NCBI RefSeq assembly: GCF_018350175.1
Contig: NC_058374.1
Location: 84,010,001 to 84,074,000, forward strand
Direction of reading: 5' to 3'
From: Felis catus
Lineage: Eukaryota
DNA length: 64,000 nt
Part shown: piece after piece, positions 63,707 to 64,000 of the stretch
Layout: every line of letters starts with the position of its first letter
Numbering within the stretch: position 1 is the stretch's first letter
Position numbers and translations under genes: made by a program
Notes under the pieces: model-generated
What the model saw: only the letters and a program-made list of their open reading frames with translations
Database searches by the model: none
Told to the model about the DNA's origin: nothing

Positions 63707-64000
63707 CTGGGTGCAGAAGGAGACACAATTTCCCAGGGATGGGGCTCCTGTTCGAAGGGACAGCTGCCGGAAGGGATTGGGCCGTGCTCAGCAGAGAACG
63801 CGGCAGGAAAGACACTAACGTCCACTGAAAAGTACACCTTCCCTCCCTGGTTCTTCTTTCCTCGCCGTGAGGGCTTATCACACTTGCAGGATCCAAATCC
63901 CGAGGAGAACCGGATCATTCCCGCTCAGGTGCGCCCCATCACGGCTCGGGGATGATTTGAATCTATCTGCCAGGTGAGTTATTGAGAGCACACTGGGCTG

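Overview
Mammalian genomic DNA from a feliform carnivore (cat-type tRNA-derived CanSINEs and carnivore L1), syntenic to human 12q14.1. Gene order: AGAP2 PIKE-A first coding exon (-), TSPAN31 (+), CDK4 (-), MARCHF9 (+, exon 3 partly in an N gap), CYP27B1 (-), METTL1 (-), EEF1AKMT3/METTL21B (+), TSFM (+), and the 3' nine exons of AVIL (-). I traced the exons by hand from GT-AG boundaries and reading frame. All fully visible genes are intact and of the expected length (210, 303, 508, 277, 226 and 325 aa; MARCHF9 about 346 aa if the gapped exon has its usual size). I found no new protein-coding system. The most interesting signals are non-coding: a probable U12-type intron in TSPAN31 with a candidate embedded 15-nt microexon, a dense ETS/NF-kB/STAT motif repeat in TSPAN31 intron 1, a spliced CDK4 uORF stopping 7 nt before the main ATG, a mirtron-like hairpin in CDK4 intron 7, a perfect CRE in METTL1 intron 1 (region of the known renal CYP27B1 enhancer), an L1 and a SINE sharing a triplicated target site, and a 3'-truncated L1 fragment with a target-site duplication (TSD). 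Gene names and human comparisons come from recall, not database searches. Repeat boundaries are approximate.
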